Below are positions 10,156 to 20,432 of a DNA stretch of 64,000 nucleotides, piece by piece; position 1 is the stretch's first letter; each line of letters begins with the position of its first letter. A model generated the notes under the pieces. That model was given only the letters and a program-made list of their open reading frames with translations. It searched no databases and was not told the DNA's origin. The translations under genes and the position numbers were made by a program. The DNA lies in assembly GCA_963668695.2 (NCBI GenBank), contig CAXXLQ010000004.1, positions 1,888,001 through 1,952,000 of the forward strand. The letters run 5' to 3'. Source of the DNA: Vicinamibacteria bacterium (GTDB lineage: Bacteria; Acidobacteriota; Vicinamibacteria; Marinacidobacterales; Marinacidobacteraceae).

Positions 10156-10227
10156 TTCATTCCGGATAGGGAGTCACGGGTCCGTTTCGCCCGCCGCTGA
10201 CCGACGATGCTGTGCCCCTACCGCGAC

Positions 10228-10276
10228 AGCGGACGCCGGCGCCAGTTCTCCCGGTGGGGCCCCTGCCTGCGGCGCT
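10228..10276 (+). repeat. Degenerate family C repeat with 18-nt unit (10242-10259)
   Basis: GCGGACGCCGGCG[CCAGTTCTCCCGGTGGGG]CCCCTG; shares the CGCGACAGCGGA lead with the 8112 copy. Confidence 0.65.
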
Positions 10277-10293
10277 ATCCGGGTTGGCTGGCG

Positions 10294-12006
10294 TTACCCG
10301 CCCCGCTTGATGACGACTCCCGCGAGCGCCCCGGTGGACTGGCCGTCCTCGATGGCGATCTGCCCGTTGATGAGCACCCAGGGTATCCCCTTCGGCGCGC
10401 CGTCCGGGTTCATGATCGTGGAGTTGTCTTCGACCTTGTCGTAGTCGAACGCCACGATGTCGGCCTTGCAGCCGACCCGCAGGCAGCCGCGGTCCGTCAT
10501 CCCCACGATCGCCGCCGGCAGGCTGGACGAGGAGCGGACCATGAACGGCAGGCTGATGAGCCCCCGGTCCCTGGCGTAGTGGGCGATCTTGCGCGTATAG
10601 CTGCCCCAATAGCGCGGGTGCCGGCCGGGCGTCGCCTCGAGCGCGATGCCGGCATCGGTCGAGGTGGCGGTGAAGTCCTGCACCATGTAGGTCTCCACGT
10701 CGAACCGGTCCCCCGCGATCGGACGGATCAACACTCCGTGGAGTAGTTCCTCGTTGCCGGTGCGCGCGAAGTCGATCAGGGTCTCGGCGACGCTCTGGCC
10801 GCTGTCGCCCGCCACGGTGGCCACCGTCTGGCCGACCAAGGACGGATCCTCCGGGAAGAGCACGATGATCAGCCGGTCGGCGCCGCCGAAGAGGTCGATC
10901 TGCTGTTCGAGGTCGCGCATCAACTCGGCGCGGGTCGTGTCGTCAGCCAGGTTCGCCTCCAGGTTCTCGAGACTCAGGAGCCCGGGAGTCCGCCACATCG
11001 GATCGTCGAGCCCTCCGGAACGGTCGGTGCCCGGCGGTGCGAATCCCCAGATCGGGATCACCCCGACCGGCCCGCCGCCGAAGGTCTCGAAGGGGTACTG
11101 GTCCAGATAGACCTGAACCCCCCGCGCCCGGGCCTGGTTGATCGCGTGCACGTCCTTCGCCGAGTGCCCCCAGCTTGACGGCCCCTTCGCCTTGATGTGG
11201 GTTCCGACCACCCGGATCCCGGTCTCGCGGCCGATCCGGATCGTCTCCGCCATTCCGTCCGTCCCCGTCAGGGTCGGCCCGTCCACGATGCTCGGGACCT
11301 GCCAGCGCGGCATCGGGGACTGGCTGCGCTGGTGCGAGTAGTAGAAGCCGTCGTAGTCGGCGACCACGTGGGCCAGGGCAACGATCTCGCTGGTTTCCGA
11401 GAAGCGGGCCGGGCGGTATTCGGGACCGGCGCCGAGGCCCCAGGCTCCGTCCTCCATCCCCTCGCGCACCAGTTCGGCCATCCGGGCGACCTCATCTTCG
11501 GTGGCGGGCCGCTCATTGTCGTCTCCCATTACCTGGAGACGCACCGTCGAGTGGCCCACTACGGGCACCACGTTGAGTCCGACCCCGCGGCTCTCGTAGG
11601 CGGCGATCTCGTCGCGGATCGGCCAGACCGGGTTCCGCCCGTCCGCTCCCATCACCACGGTGGTGATCCCCTGGGCGACCAGGTTCAGGGCCTTCCGCTC
11701 TTCCATGTTGTCGCCGGCGAGCGACCGGTCGGCGTGCGAGTGGAGATCCACCCAGCCGGGCGCCAGGTACAAGCCGGCCACGTCGATCGTGCGGGCGGCA
11801 TCGTGACCCTCCTTCCCGGCCAGACGTCCGATGGCGACCACCTCGTCACCGCGAATGCCGACATCCGCCCGAACGGCCGGGTTGCCACTCCCGTCGAACA
11901 CCAGACCCCCGGCGAGCAACAGGTCGTAGGCGGGCTGCGCCAGACCCGGGACGGCCAGGAGGCAGGCCGCCGCCGTCAGGAGTGCTATTCCGGTGAATCT
12001 CTTCAT
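10294..12006 (-). CDS. N-acyl-D-amino-acid deacylase family amidohydrolase (exported)
   Basis: Signal peptide MKRFTG..., APGWVDLHSH, QGITT, HPRYWGSY, KADIVAFD. Confidence 0.88.
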   Translation of the reverse strand: MKRFTGIALLTAAACLLAVPGLAQPAYDLLLAGGLVFDGSGNPAVRADVGIRGDEVVAIGRLAGKEGHDAARTIDVAGLYLAPGWVDLHSHADRSLAGDNMEERKALNLVAQGITTVVMGADGRNPVWPIRDEIAAYESRGVGLNVVPVVGHSTVRLQVMGDDNERPATEDEVARMAELVREGMEDGAWGLGAGPEYRPARFSETSEIVALAHVVADYDGFYYSHQRSQSPMPRWQVPSIVDGPTLTGTDGMAETIRIGRETGIRVVGTHIKAKGPSSWGHSAKDVHAINQARARGVQVYLDQYPFETFGGGPVGVIPIWGFAPPGTDRSGGLDDPMWRTPGLLSLENLEANLADDTTRAELMRDLEQQIDLFGGADRLIIVLFPEDPSLVGQTVATVAGDSGQSVAETLIDFARTGNEELLHGVLIRPIAGDRFDVETYMVQDFTATSTDAGIALEATPGRHPRYWGSYTRKIAHYARDRGLISLPFMVRSSSSLPAAIVGMTDRGCLRVGCKADIVAFDYDKVEDNSTIMNPDGAPKGIPWVLINGQIAIEDGQSTGALAGVVIKRGG

Positions 12007-12120
12007 GGCTTCCCTCCACCAGCGTGGTGTGCCCATCCTACCCGGAGGGGGGCCGGCCCCTTCGTTTCGCGACTTCCTCGACGGAGAAACGCGCGCCCGA
12101 CACCGCTTGGGAGGCTGGGA

Positions 12121-13161
12121 TCAAGTTCCATTGATGCGTTCCTCGACGGATCGGAGTTGATCCACGATCCATTCGAACTCAGGGGCGTCTCCGAAGAGCA
12201 TGCTCTCCATTGCCCGATAGTCGCGTCCAATCACCGTCTGCAACTCCCCGTTCGGCACCAGCTTCAGCGACCCGGGGACCGCTTCCTCGAAGCGCTTCCA
12301 TGCCTGACGGAATGCCGCCAGATTGTGATTTCGCACCAATTCCAGGATGTCCAGTCGCGCCAGCGCGGACCTGCCGACATCCGAAACGGTAAGCATCGCC
12401 GCATCGTAGTAGTGGCGTGAAATCCGATTTTTTTCCTTCGGGAGCCTCTCTTCGTCCCGGAAGCCGCAGTAGCGACCGTGAAGAATCAGAAGCTTCTCCC
12501 AGTACGTGCGCTCCGCGGAGATCACACGGATCTCACCCAATTCGGGGGCCATATCGCCGAGTTCGAGCGCGATGTAGGGAGCGACCGTGCGGAGGACACT
12601 CGGCTCTGTCGCTGAACGGGCTCCCCCCTCGATTTTCACTGTGGGAGACACGTAGGACTGCCCGGTTGGATACAGCGTTGGGTACGCGATCAGGAGCGTT
12701 TGCGAATCGGGGTCGTCTGGGTCCATGGAGACGGTGCAGCCCTCGGCCACTCCCGCAATGAGGTGGGCCAGTGCTGTCCGGAGCTCGCCCCCCATGTACG
12801 AGCTGCAACGGCTCCGCAGCTCCTTGAGAAGCGACTCCCGCTTTTTCTTCGTCATGCCCTCAGGCGGGAACGGATCCCGATCCCCGGTGAAATCCAGGTC
12901 ACGACGGTCGACTACCAGATCGATGTCCTCGGACAGCCGGTCGATCAGACCGAAGGCCTTGGACAGAGACGTTCCACCCTTCAAGAAGAAACCGGGATGA
13001 CCGTCCGGCAATCCCCCGAACACCAAGTCGAGAACGAGACAGACCCAGAAATCCTTTTCCACGTGGGACGGGAGGGTGTCGAGCCGACTCGCAGCGGCGC
13101 CGAAGACGTCACGGCGGTCCCGCTGCGGGAGTTGGAGGAAACCCCGGAAACTGCCAGTCAC
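12121..13161 (-). CDS. AbiEii-family nucleotidyltransferase toxin (type IV TA)
   Basis: VEKDFWV, KGGTSLSK, RLSEDIDL, ERTYWEK, SRHYYD. Confidence 0.92.
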   Translation of the reverse strand: MTGSFRGFLQLPQRDRRDVFGAAASRLDTLPSHVEKDFWVCLVLDLVFGGLPDGHPGFFLKGGTSLSKAFGLIDRLSEDIDLVVDRRDLDFTGDRDPFPPEGMTKKKRESLLKELRSRCSSYMGGELRTALAHLIAGVAEGCTVSMDPDDPDSQTLLIAYPTLYPTGQSYVSPTVKIEGGARSATEPSVLRTVAPYIALELGDMAPELGEIRVISAERTYWEKLLILHGRYCGFRDEERLPKEKNRISRHYYDAAMLTVSDVGRSALARLDILELVRNHNLAAFRQAWKRFEEAVPGSLKLVPNGELQTVIGRDYRAMESMLFGDAPEFEWIVDQLRSVEERINGT

Positions 13162-13790
13162 CGGGTCGGCGTCGAGTCCGCCGTGATGTGCCGCGCGATC
13201 GGGACCATCCAGCCCGGCAGATGCTGACGTTCCCGTGCAAGGCTACGCTTGACGGCGTCAGGGAGTCGGCGCATCAACGTAAGGGCCACGCGTGGGTCGC
13301 TTGCGGCATCCGGCCCGAGCCACTGCAGGGCCAGTACCACCGGTGCAGCGGGCTTCCCTGACCAACGCATCTTGCGCGGAGACGCGTGACGTAGCCGGAC
13401 TGTATGACCGCCGATTCTCAGGGTCCTTGACGTCCCGTCCGTCAGGTAGTGCGGTCTGGCAGGAACGGCGTTGGTCAGACCGAGTTGATTCGCTGCAACA
13501 CTTCCGTCGGGGACGACCTTCACACCGTCACGCCGGGCCAGTGCGGCGATCGCGACATCGAGATCAGCGGGTGCCGGTCGGTTCAGAATCCAGCTCCACC
13601 GGGGGAAATCGTAGAGCCCGTGCCCGACCCGCCGGAGCTGGCCCGCCTTGACGAGACGGCTCAGAGCCTGATTCACGGCGTCGGGGCTCCCTAGATCGAC
13701 GAAGTCTCCGGGAATGCAGATCCACTGTCCCGCCTTCCGGCTTCGGACTCTTGCCATGATCCTGTCGGCGACGCTTTTCCCCTGGAGCAT
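13158..13790 (-). CDS. AbiEi-like/DUF6088 antitoxin
   Basis: DFVDLGSPDAVNQALSRLV..G.LRRVGHGLY winged helix, ANQLGLTNAVP, YLTDG; 4-bp overlap with the toxin. Confidence 0.88.
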   Translation of the reverse strand: MLQGKSVADRIMARVRSRKAGQWICIPGDFVDLGSPDAVNQALSRLVKAGQLRRVGHGLYDFPRWSWILNRPAPADLDVAIAALARRDGVKVVPDGSVAANQLGLTNAVPARPHYLTDGTSRTLRIGGHTVRLRHASPRKMRWSGKPAAPVVLALQWLGPDAASDPRVALTLMRRLPDAVKRSLARERQHLPGWMVPIARHITADSTPTR

Positions 13791-13793
13791 GGC

Positions 13794-13820
13794 GTCAGGA
13801 ATTCTATCAGAAACACTGAC
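13794..13820. promoter_or_regulatory. Imperfect palindrome upstream of AbiEi-like gene
   Basis: GTCAGgaaTTCT-atc-AGAAacaCTGAC (9 of 12 pairs). Confidence 0.4.
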
Positions 13821-14052
13821 TCGCGGTTGTCGGGCGCACTGCGCGGTACTGCGCCCCCGTTTCCTCATTCGCCGCCCTCGGCAGCGATCCCGGCCGAAGG
13901 CCGGCAGTCCCCTGGCAACGCCCTCCGGGTGGGTTGCCCCGCTATCCACTGGATCCTCGGGGCGGACGGATGGAGGTCTCTTCCAACTCCCGTCCGTGAC
14001 GACTCGCTACGCTACGCGCCGTCGGTCGGCGCGCTGCTAACGTCCACCGGAC

Positions 14053-17000
14053 ATGCCGGATCGATACCCCACCCGTCTCGCTCTCTGGCTGGCCCTGGGC
14101 CTCCTGCCGCTGGTCCCGGAGGCCGTCCCCGCGCAGCCGGTTACCCCGGACCCCGCGCACCTGAGTGGTCTCCAGTGGCGCACCATCGGCCCCGACGGGA
14201 ACCGGCTGAGCGCCGCCACCGGGGAATGGGGCAACCCCGATGTCATCTACTTCGGGGCGGCTTCGGGCGGCATCTGGAAGAGCAGCGACCGCGGGATCAA
14301 CTGGGAGCCGGTCTTCGACGACCAGGATGCCGCCTCGATCAGCGCCCTGGCCGTGTCCCCTTCGCACTCCGGCCACGTGTGGGCCGGCACCGGGGAGACG
14401 TTCATCATCCGTCCGGCGCTCGCCATGGGGAACGGCGTCTACCGCTCCACCGACGGCGGCCGCTCCTTCCATCATCGGGGCCTCGAGGCCACCGGACGCA
14501 TCGCCCGCATCCTGGTCCATCCGGAAGATCCGGATCTGGTGTACGCCTGCGCGCTCGGCCACTCCTACGCGCCGCAGCCGGAGCGCGGCGTCTATCGCAC
14601 CCGGGACGGCGGGGCGAACTGGGAGTTGGTCCTTCACGTGGACGAGAACACCGGCTGTTCCGACCTGGCGATGGACCTCCGTCACCCCGAGCGGCTGCTC
14701 GCCGGGATGTGGCAGCTCCAGATCAACACCGGCGGCCTGCGAAGCGGCGGCCCGGGAAGCGGCGTGTACCGCTCCCGAGACGGCGGCGATACGTGGGAAC
14801 GGCTCTCCGGCGCGAAATCGAACGAGGAGGGCGCCACTGGCGGGGGTAGGGCACTGCCGGGCGGAGAGGCGCACCCCGTCGGCAAGGTCGCGGTGGGGAT
14901 CGCCCCGAGCGACCCCGACCGCTGGTACGCCCTGATCGAGGACGAGAGTCCCGGCTTCTACCGTTCCGATGACGGCGGCGACGCCTGGCGGCTCATGATC
15001 ACCCACCACGACCTCGCCGAACGCGCTCCCTACTACGTCCGGCTCGCGGTGGACTCGGCGGACGCCGACCGCGTCTACTTCGCCTCTGTGCTCTTCAGCA
15101 TCACGGTGGATGGGGGCCGCACCCTGGTCGAGACGTCATACCGCGCCGGCGGCGACAACCACGACGTCTGGGTGGATCCGTGGATGCCGGAGCGCATCCT
15201 GGTCGGCCACGATGGCGGCGGCAGCATCTCCGAGAACCGCGGGGAAAGCTGGCGCCGGGTGGTTCCGCCGGTCGCCCAGATGTACCACGTCACGGTCGAT
15301 GACCGGATCCCCTACCGGGTGTACGGAAACCGCCAGGACGGCTACTCCTACCGGGGGCCGAGCCGCACGAGCGGCGGCGGGATCCCGCTTGGGCTCTGGG
15401 AGGGGGTCGGCGGCTGCGAGAGCGGTTGGGCTACCCCGGAACCCCACGACGACAACGTCGTCTGGTCCGGCTGCTACGACGGTGGGCTGGAGGTGTACGA
15501 CGACCGCACCGGCCACGTCCGCGACGTGCGGGTGTGGCCGGAAGCCGGGTACGGCTGGGCGCCCGCGGACCTGAAAGTCCGCTGGCACTGGAACTTTCCG
15601 ATGGTCCTCTCGCGCCACGAGCCCGGAACGACCTGGGTCGGAAGTCAGTTCGTGCACGAGAGCAGCAATCGCGGCCAGTCGTGGAACACCATCAGCCCCG
15701 ATCTCACCACGAACGACAAGGCCCGCCAGCAGGACTCCGGCGGCGTCACCGTGGACAACCTGTACACCTTTGACGGTTCGGTGCTCTTCGCCCTCGCGGA
15801 GTCTCCCGGGCAGGCCGGTCGGCTCTGGGCCGGAAGCGTGGACGGGAAGGTTCACGTGACGACCGACGGAGGCGAGACCTGGCTCGACCGGAGCGGGAAC
15901 GTGCCGGGGCTCGACCAGGACGGTTGGATCAAGTTCATCGAGCCCTCCCACCACGATCCGGAAAAGGCCTACGTGGCGGTGAGCTGGCACCAGTCCGGCG
16001 ACTTCCGCCCGCACATCTTCCGCACCCGGGATCTCGGCGAGAGCTGGGAACGGATCAGCGGCGGGATCCCCGAGTCGCCCTTCTCGTTCGTCCACGTGGT
16101 CCGGGAGGACCGCGCACGGGCGGGTGTCTTGTTCGCCGGCACCGACAATCGGGTCTGGGCCAGCCTCGACGACGGAGCTTCCTGGTTCTCGCTCCAACTT
16201 GACATGCCTCCGGCCCCGATCTACGGAATCGTCATCCAGGAACGCTTCGACGACCTGGTGGTCGCGACCTACGGCCGGGGCTTTTTCATCCTCGACGGCA
16301 TCGGGCCGCTCCGGGGCCTTGCCGAGGCCTCCGGCGAAAAGCTCCGGGTTTTCGATTCGCCGGTTGCGTGGAGGTTCCTGCCCCGTCAGTCCATCAAGTC
16401 CGAACCCGGCAGCCTGGTGACCGGCCGAAACCCTCCCTATGGCGCCGCGATTTCCTGGTGGCTCGATGAGGATGCCGCGGCGGCCAGCGCCGAGGTGGCC
16501 ATTGTGGACGGCGAAGGCGAGGTGGTGCGCACCCTCCAGGGCCCCGGTGAAACCGGTCTCTCGCGGGTCACCTGGGATCTCCGCGGCGAGACTCCCGAAC
16601 GAGCGGTGCTTCGTACCCGGCCCCCCGACCGGGATTGGGTGGAACTCGGCGAGGACGGCGAGCGCCGGATACGGACCTGGGACCTCGATATCTTCCCCGG
16701 CTACCGCGGGCTGCTGCTGCCCCCCGGGTCCTACACCGCCCGGGTCACGGCGGGGGACCACACGGCCGAAACCACGCTGCAGGTGGAAGCCGATCCGGCG
16801 TCCGCCGCGACCCCCGACGACATCCTGGCCAAGTACGAGTTTCTGGACGCCATCCACGCCCAGTTGAACGAACTGGCGGAGATGGTGGACGAACTCGAGT
16901 GGGTGCGCCGGGAGATCGAGGGACTCCAGGAGCGCCACGCCGGCGATGAACGGTTCCGGGCCGTGCTCGAGAGCGCCGGGGAGATCGCGGGAACGGCCAT

Positions 17001-17274
17001 CGCCATCGAAGGGCGATTCTTCGACGTGGGGCTCACCGGGGCCCGCGAGGACGCCTTCCGGGCGCCGATGCGTCTCTTCGGGCGCCTCGGCGCCCTCGCG
17101 AACGACGCCGGCTGGGACGGCGCCGATTTCGCACCGACCGACCAGCAGCGGGAAGTCCACGAGATCCTCAGCGAGCGCTTCGAGACTGCCCGCGCGGAGT
17201 ACCGCCGGTTGATGGCGACGCAACTGCCACCCTTCTGGCAGGCGCTTGCCGAGGCGCGGGGAAGCAGCCCGTGA
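14053..17274 (+). CDS. VPS10/sortilin-like BNR-repeat glycosyl hydrolase-like protein
   Basis: Signal peptide, WRTIGP, repeated SxDGGxTW Asp-boxes, GDNHDVWVDP, VATYGRG; the stop codon lies inside a family A end. Confidence 0.9.
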   Translation: MPDRYPTRLALWLALGLLPLVPEAVPAQPVTPDPAHLSGLQWRTIGPDGNRLSAATGEWGNPDVIYFGAASGGIWKSSDRGINWEPVFDDQDAASISALAVSPSHSGHVWAGTGETFIIRPALAMGNGVYRSTDGGRSFHHRGLEATGRIARILVHPEDPDLVYACALGHSYAPQPERGVYRTRDGGANWELVLHVDENTGCSDLAMDLRHPERLLAGMWQLQINTGGLRSGGPGSGVYRSRDGGDTWERLSGAKSNEEGATGGGRALPGGEAHPVGKVAVGIAPSDPDRWYALIEDESPGFYRSDDGGDAWRLMITHHDLAERAPYYVRLAVDSADADRVYFASVLFSITVDGGRTLVETSYRAGGDNHDVWVDPWMPERILVGHDGGGSISENRGESWRRVVPPVAQMYHVTVDDRIPYRVYGNRQDGYSYRGPSRTSGGGIPLGLWEGVGGCESGWATPEPHDDNVVWSGCYDGGLEVYDDRTGHVRDVRVWPEAGYGWAPADLKVRWHWNFPMVLSRHEPGTTWVGSQFVHESSNRGQSWNTISPDLTTNDKARQQDSGGVTVDNLYTFDGSVLFALAESPGQAGRLWAGSVDGKVHVTTDGGETWLDRSGNVPGLDQDGWIKFIEPSHHDPEKAYVAVSWHQSGDFRPHIFRTRDLGESWERISGGIPESPFSFVHVVREDRARAGVLFAGTDNRVWASLDDGASWFSLQLDMPPAPIYGIVIQERFDDLVVATYGRGFFILDGIGPLRGLAEASGEKLRVFDSPVAWRFLPRQSIKSEPGSLVTGRNPPYGAAISWWLDEDAAAASAEVAIVDGEGEVVRTLQGPGETGLSRVTWDLRGETPERAVLRTRPPDRDWVELGEDGERRIRTWDLDIFPGYRGLLLPPGSYTARVTAGDHTAETTLQVEADPASAATPDDILAKYEFLDAIHAQLNELAEMVDELEWVRREIEGLQERHAGDERFRAVLESAGEIAGTAIAIEGRFFDVGLTGAREDAFRAPMRLFGRLGALANDAGWDGADFAPTDQQREVHEILSERFETARAEYRRLMATQLPPFWQALAEARGSSP

Positions 17275-17479
17275 ACAAAGTCACGCGGCCCAGTTCTCCC
17301 GGTGGGGGCTCGAGCGGCGATCCATCCCGGCTGAACCGCCCCGCTTCGCGGGGCTCTGCGTTGCGCTTCGGTCGAAATACGCTCGGGCCAGTTCTCCCGG
17401 TGGGGGCTCCTCCCTCGCGCGCCTTGTCAGCCCGGCGCCTCGCCACTCTCGGCGCTCACGCGACTCTATCCACAGGCTG
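17265..17479 (+). mobile_element. Family A MITE-like element with two 18-nt insertions (17290, 17388)
   Basis: Ends CAGCCCGTGAACAAAGTC / GACTCTATCCACAGGCTG; conserved core CGTTGCGCTTCGGTCGAAATAC...CCTCCCTCGCGCGCCTTG. Confidence 0.88.
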
Positions 17480-17507
17480 CAGAGGAGGCGCCTCGCGCTG
17501 AGTCCCG

Positions 17508-19244
17508 ATGGCGGAAGAGCGCTCCCGTTTCGGGGTCTACAACCTGGCGGCGGCGGCCGCTCTTCTCGGTTACGGCTGGTTCGCCGCCGCCTACGGCCCC
17601 GATGGTTCCTTCCCCGGATCGGACTTCGGCTCGCTCGCCTACGGGCTCTCCCGGCAGGGACTCTGGCTGGTTCCGGTCGGGATCCTGATTCCCCTGGTTC
17701 TCCCCCGGGTGCGGAGCGTGATCACCGGGTTCTTCCTGGTCCTGCTCCCCTCGCTCGCGATCGGAGCCGTGCTGACCGCCCTGGTGGTGGCCGCACCGGA
17801 CGCCGCTCCCTGGCGGGTGCTGGAGAGCTTCGTGGTTCCGGACCTGGCGGCGCTCCTCGCGCCGCTGACCGGGATGTTCGTCGGCGTGCTGTTCGGCGCC
17901 GTCGTCGCCCGGGGACTCGGTTCGGCGCTGCTGCTGATCCCGGCGCTCATCGCGATCGCCGCCGTCCTTCTCGCGAGTGTCGCCGTGCTGCTCCTGGTGC
18001 TCACCGATCGGGTCGCGGTGACGGACCCCATCGGGCCCCCGGGATCGCCGGACGGGCAGTACCAGGATGCGTTCGCCGACTTCTATCGGCAGGGAGCGCC
18101 CGGCGCCGAGGCGACCCTGGGCGCCGCCACCTTCGCGGCCGGTTTCCGATTGGCGCTCGCGGCCGTTGGGGTGGAACCCGGAATGCGGCTCCGGGCGGCG
18201 CCGGCCGGCGATTCGATGGAAATCTCCGGGTCCATTCCGGTTTCGGTTCCGGTGTTCGGCGAACGCTTCCTGAACATCGCGGCGACGGCTCAGCCCACCG
18301 TCCAGGACGGGGAGTTCCGGGCCGGTTTCCGTTCCCTGCGGATTGGGGGGATCGAAGCGCCGTCGGTGCTCGTCCGACCCTCTTCGCGGATCCTGTCGCA
18401 CTGGCTTCGGCGTAGTGCCGCGGTGGCGGCCCTCCTCGCGCCCTTCGATGAGGTCCGGGTAGCGGATTCGACGATCGTCGTGCGCTGGAGCGAAGGGGCG
18501 GATACCACCGCGGGCGTCCAGTCCCGGGTGGGCAGCTACCTCACGCTGCTCGCCCGCGACGCTGACCTCCTGCGCAAACAGCCGGACCCGACGGCGGCGG
18601 TGTTGCGGCGCACGTTCGCCCTCGCCGCGGTCCGTTCGGTGGGAGGTAATGCGGCGGTCGAAAACCGTGCGGCGCTTCTCGCCCTCGGGGGTGCGTTCGG
18701 GCATCCCTCGCTGCTTGACCTCGCCCGGGTCCCCGGTGGCGGGGAAGAAGCCCGCGGGCTGTTGGACCGCCTCCCACTCAGCCTGCACGGGCGCCGGGAC
18801 TGGGCGCGGCATTTCTTCCTGAGCGCCGGAATCGTGCAGGTGGCGCCCGACGGGGTTTCCGGTGGGGCCGGACTCCTGAAGGAGCAACTCGACGCCGCGG
18901 CCGGGGGCACCGGGTTCTCGTTCGCCGATCTGCTCATGGATGCGGCGGGGACCCGCTTCGGGCTCGCCGCCACCGGCGACGCGGCTGGCGCCCGCTGGAT
19001 TCAGGTCCGGCTCGCCAACGGGGTCCGGGAAGACGACCTCGCGCCAGGCGACGCGGGCCTGCCCGAGGGGCTGAGCGCCGCCCGGCTGGAAGCCGAATTC
19101 GGCGGGGTAGGGGGAGAAGGCTTCCGGGTCGTCGAGGCGGAGATTTCCCGCCGGGTGGACGCGCTCCCGCTCTATCGAATGCGGCTTCCCGAGGCGGCGG
19201 ACGGCGTAGGCATCCCATCGGGTACGCTGCCCGGGACTCCATGA
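17508..19244 (+). CDS. Hypothetical membrane protein with conserved-looking C-terminal domain
   Basis: About 5 N-terminal TM segments; RRDWARHFFLSAG...KEQLD...GFSFADLLMDAAG. Confidence 0.75.
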   Translation: MAEERSRFGVYNLAAAAALLGYGWFAAAYGPDGSFPGSDFGSLAYGLSRQGLWLVPVGILIPLVLPRVRSVITGFFLVLLPSLAIGAVLTALVVAAPDAAPWRVLESFVVPDLAALLAPLTGMFVGVLFGAVVARGLGSALLLIPALIAIAAVLLASVAVLLLVLTDRVAVTDPIGPPGSPDGQYQDAFADFYRQGAPGAEATLGAATFAAGFRLALAAVGVEPGMRLRAAPAGDSMEISGSIPVSVPVFGERFLNIAATAQPTVQDGEFRAGFRSLRIGGIEAPSVLVRPSSRILSHWLRRSAAVAALLAPFDEVRVADSTIVVRWSEGADTTAGVQSRVGSYLTLLARDADLLRKQPDPTAAVLRRTFALAAVRSVGGNAAVENRAALLALGGAFGHPSLLDLARVPGGGEEARGLLDRLPLSLHGRRDWARHFFLSAGIVQVAPDGVSGGAGLLKEQLDAAAGGTGFSFADLLMDAAGTRFGLAATGDAAGARWIQVRLANGVREDDLAPGDAGLPEGLSAARLEAEFGGVGGEGFRVVEAEISRRVDALPLYRMRLPEAADGVGIPSGTLPGTP

Positions 19245-19312
19245 GGCTGATCCGTCGAGCGCGCTGCCCGAACGAGAGTCGGGCGTATTCCCGTGCGGAG
19301 TAGGGTTGGGTG

Positions 19313-20419
19313 ATGGCAGACAACACGGTGTCGCTGCTCGACAGTTGGGAGAGCGAAGTCCAGGCGGCGTGGCTCTACCTGGTTCTCGCTGAGGTCGAGA
19401 CCGGCGAGAACAAGCGCCTCTTCCAAGCGCTCTCGGTGGACGCGCTCGAGCAGAGCAAGGCGTGGGTCAAGGCGATCGAGGAGGCGGGCGGTTCGCCCCC
19501 GGGCCCCTACGAGGCGACTTTCCGGGTGCGGCTCGTGGGAACGCTGATTCGGCGCATCGGTCCGCGGTCCCTGCTGCCGGCGCTCGCCGCTCTCAAGGTT
19601 CGCGGTCTCTCGGTGTATCGCTCTGCGCCGTCCAGCCTCGAGGTGCTGCTCGCGCGCGAAACCGGCTCACCCGGGCGGGCGGAGTCCCGCGACCACCTGC
19701 TCGGCGAGGAGCAGCGCCACCTTTACACGCGCGGGGCGGTGGCGCTCCACGCGGCGATCTTCGGGGTCAATGACGGGCTGGTCTCGAACACGGCGCTGAT
19801 CCTGGCGGCCAGCGGGGCCGGCGCCGCTCCCGGGACCGCGTTGCTCATCGGCGCCGCCGGAATGCTGGCGGGGGCAGTGTCCATGGCGGCCGGGGAGTAC
19901 CTGGGAGTCCGTTCCCGTATCGAGCTCTTTGAGCGCCAGATCGCCCTCGAGGAAGAGGAGCTGCGGCTCTACCCGGACGACGAGGCCGAGGAACTGGCCA
20001 TGATCTTCGAGGCGCGCGGGCTTGAACGCGACACGGCGCGGGAGCTCGGGAAGCGTCTCATCAGCGAACCGGCGCGGGCGCTCGACCTCCTGACGCGCGA
20101 GGAGCTCGGGCTGAACCCGGATGACCTCGGCTCGCCCTGGGCGTCGGCGCTGGCCTCGCTCCTCAGCTTCGGGGGCGGAGCGCTGGTCCCGCTTCTCCCG
20201 CTTGCCCTGCTTCCGGCAGCCGGTCTGGGGAGCGGCGCTGCGCTGGCAGGCGCCGTGGCCCTGAGCGGGGTGGCGCTCTTCGTGTCGGGGGCCGCGACCA
20301 GTCTCTTCACCGGACGTTCCGGACTCCGCAGCGGGCTTCGGCTCGCATTGGTGGGTCTCGTGCTGTCGGGCGTTCTCTACGGCCTCGGGCTTGTCGCCAG
20401 GGCGAGCCTCGGCGCCTGA
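19313..20419 (+). CDS. VIT1/CCC1 transporter with rubrerythrin-like N-terminus
   Basis: IFGVNDGLVSN, AGAVSMAAGEY, REELGL. Confidence 0.92.
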   Translation: MADNTVSLLDSWESEVQAAWLYLVLAEVETGENKRLFQALSVDALEQSKAWVKAIEEAGGSPPGPYEATFRVRLVGTLIRRIGPRSLLPALAALKVRGLSVYRSAPSSLEVLLARETGSPGRAESRDHLLGEEQRHLYTRGAVALHAAIFGVNDGLVSNTALILAASGAGAAPGTALLIGAAGMLAGAVSMAAGEYLGVRSRIELFERQIALEEEELRLYPDDEAEELAMIFEARGLERDTARELGKRLISEPARALDLLTREELGLNPDDLGSPWASALASLLSFGGGALVPLLPLALLPAAGLGSGAALAGAVALSGVALFVSGAATSLFTGRSGLRSGLRLALVGLVLSGVLYGLGLVARASLGA

Positions 20420-20432
20420 CCCGGAGTCAGCC

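Noticed and set aside
15136-17223. Long antisense ORFs (also 25262-27820, 32218-34521, 21961-24120)
   Set aside because: Shadow frames of well-supported genes in high-GC DNA; no recognisable motifs.
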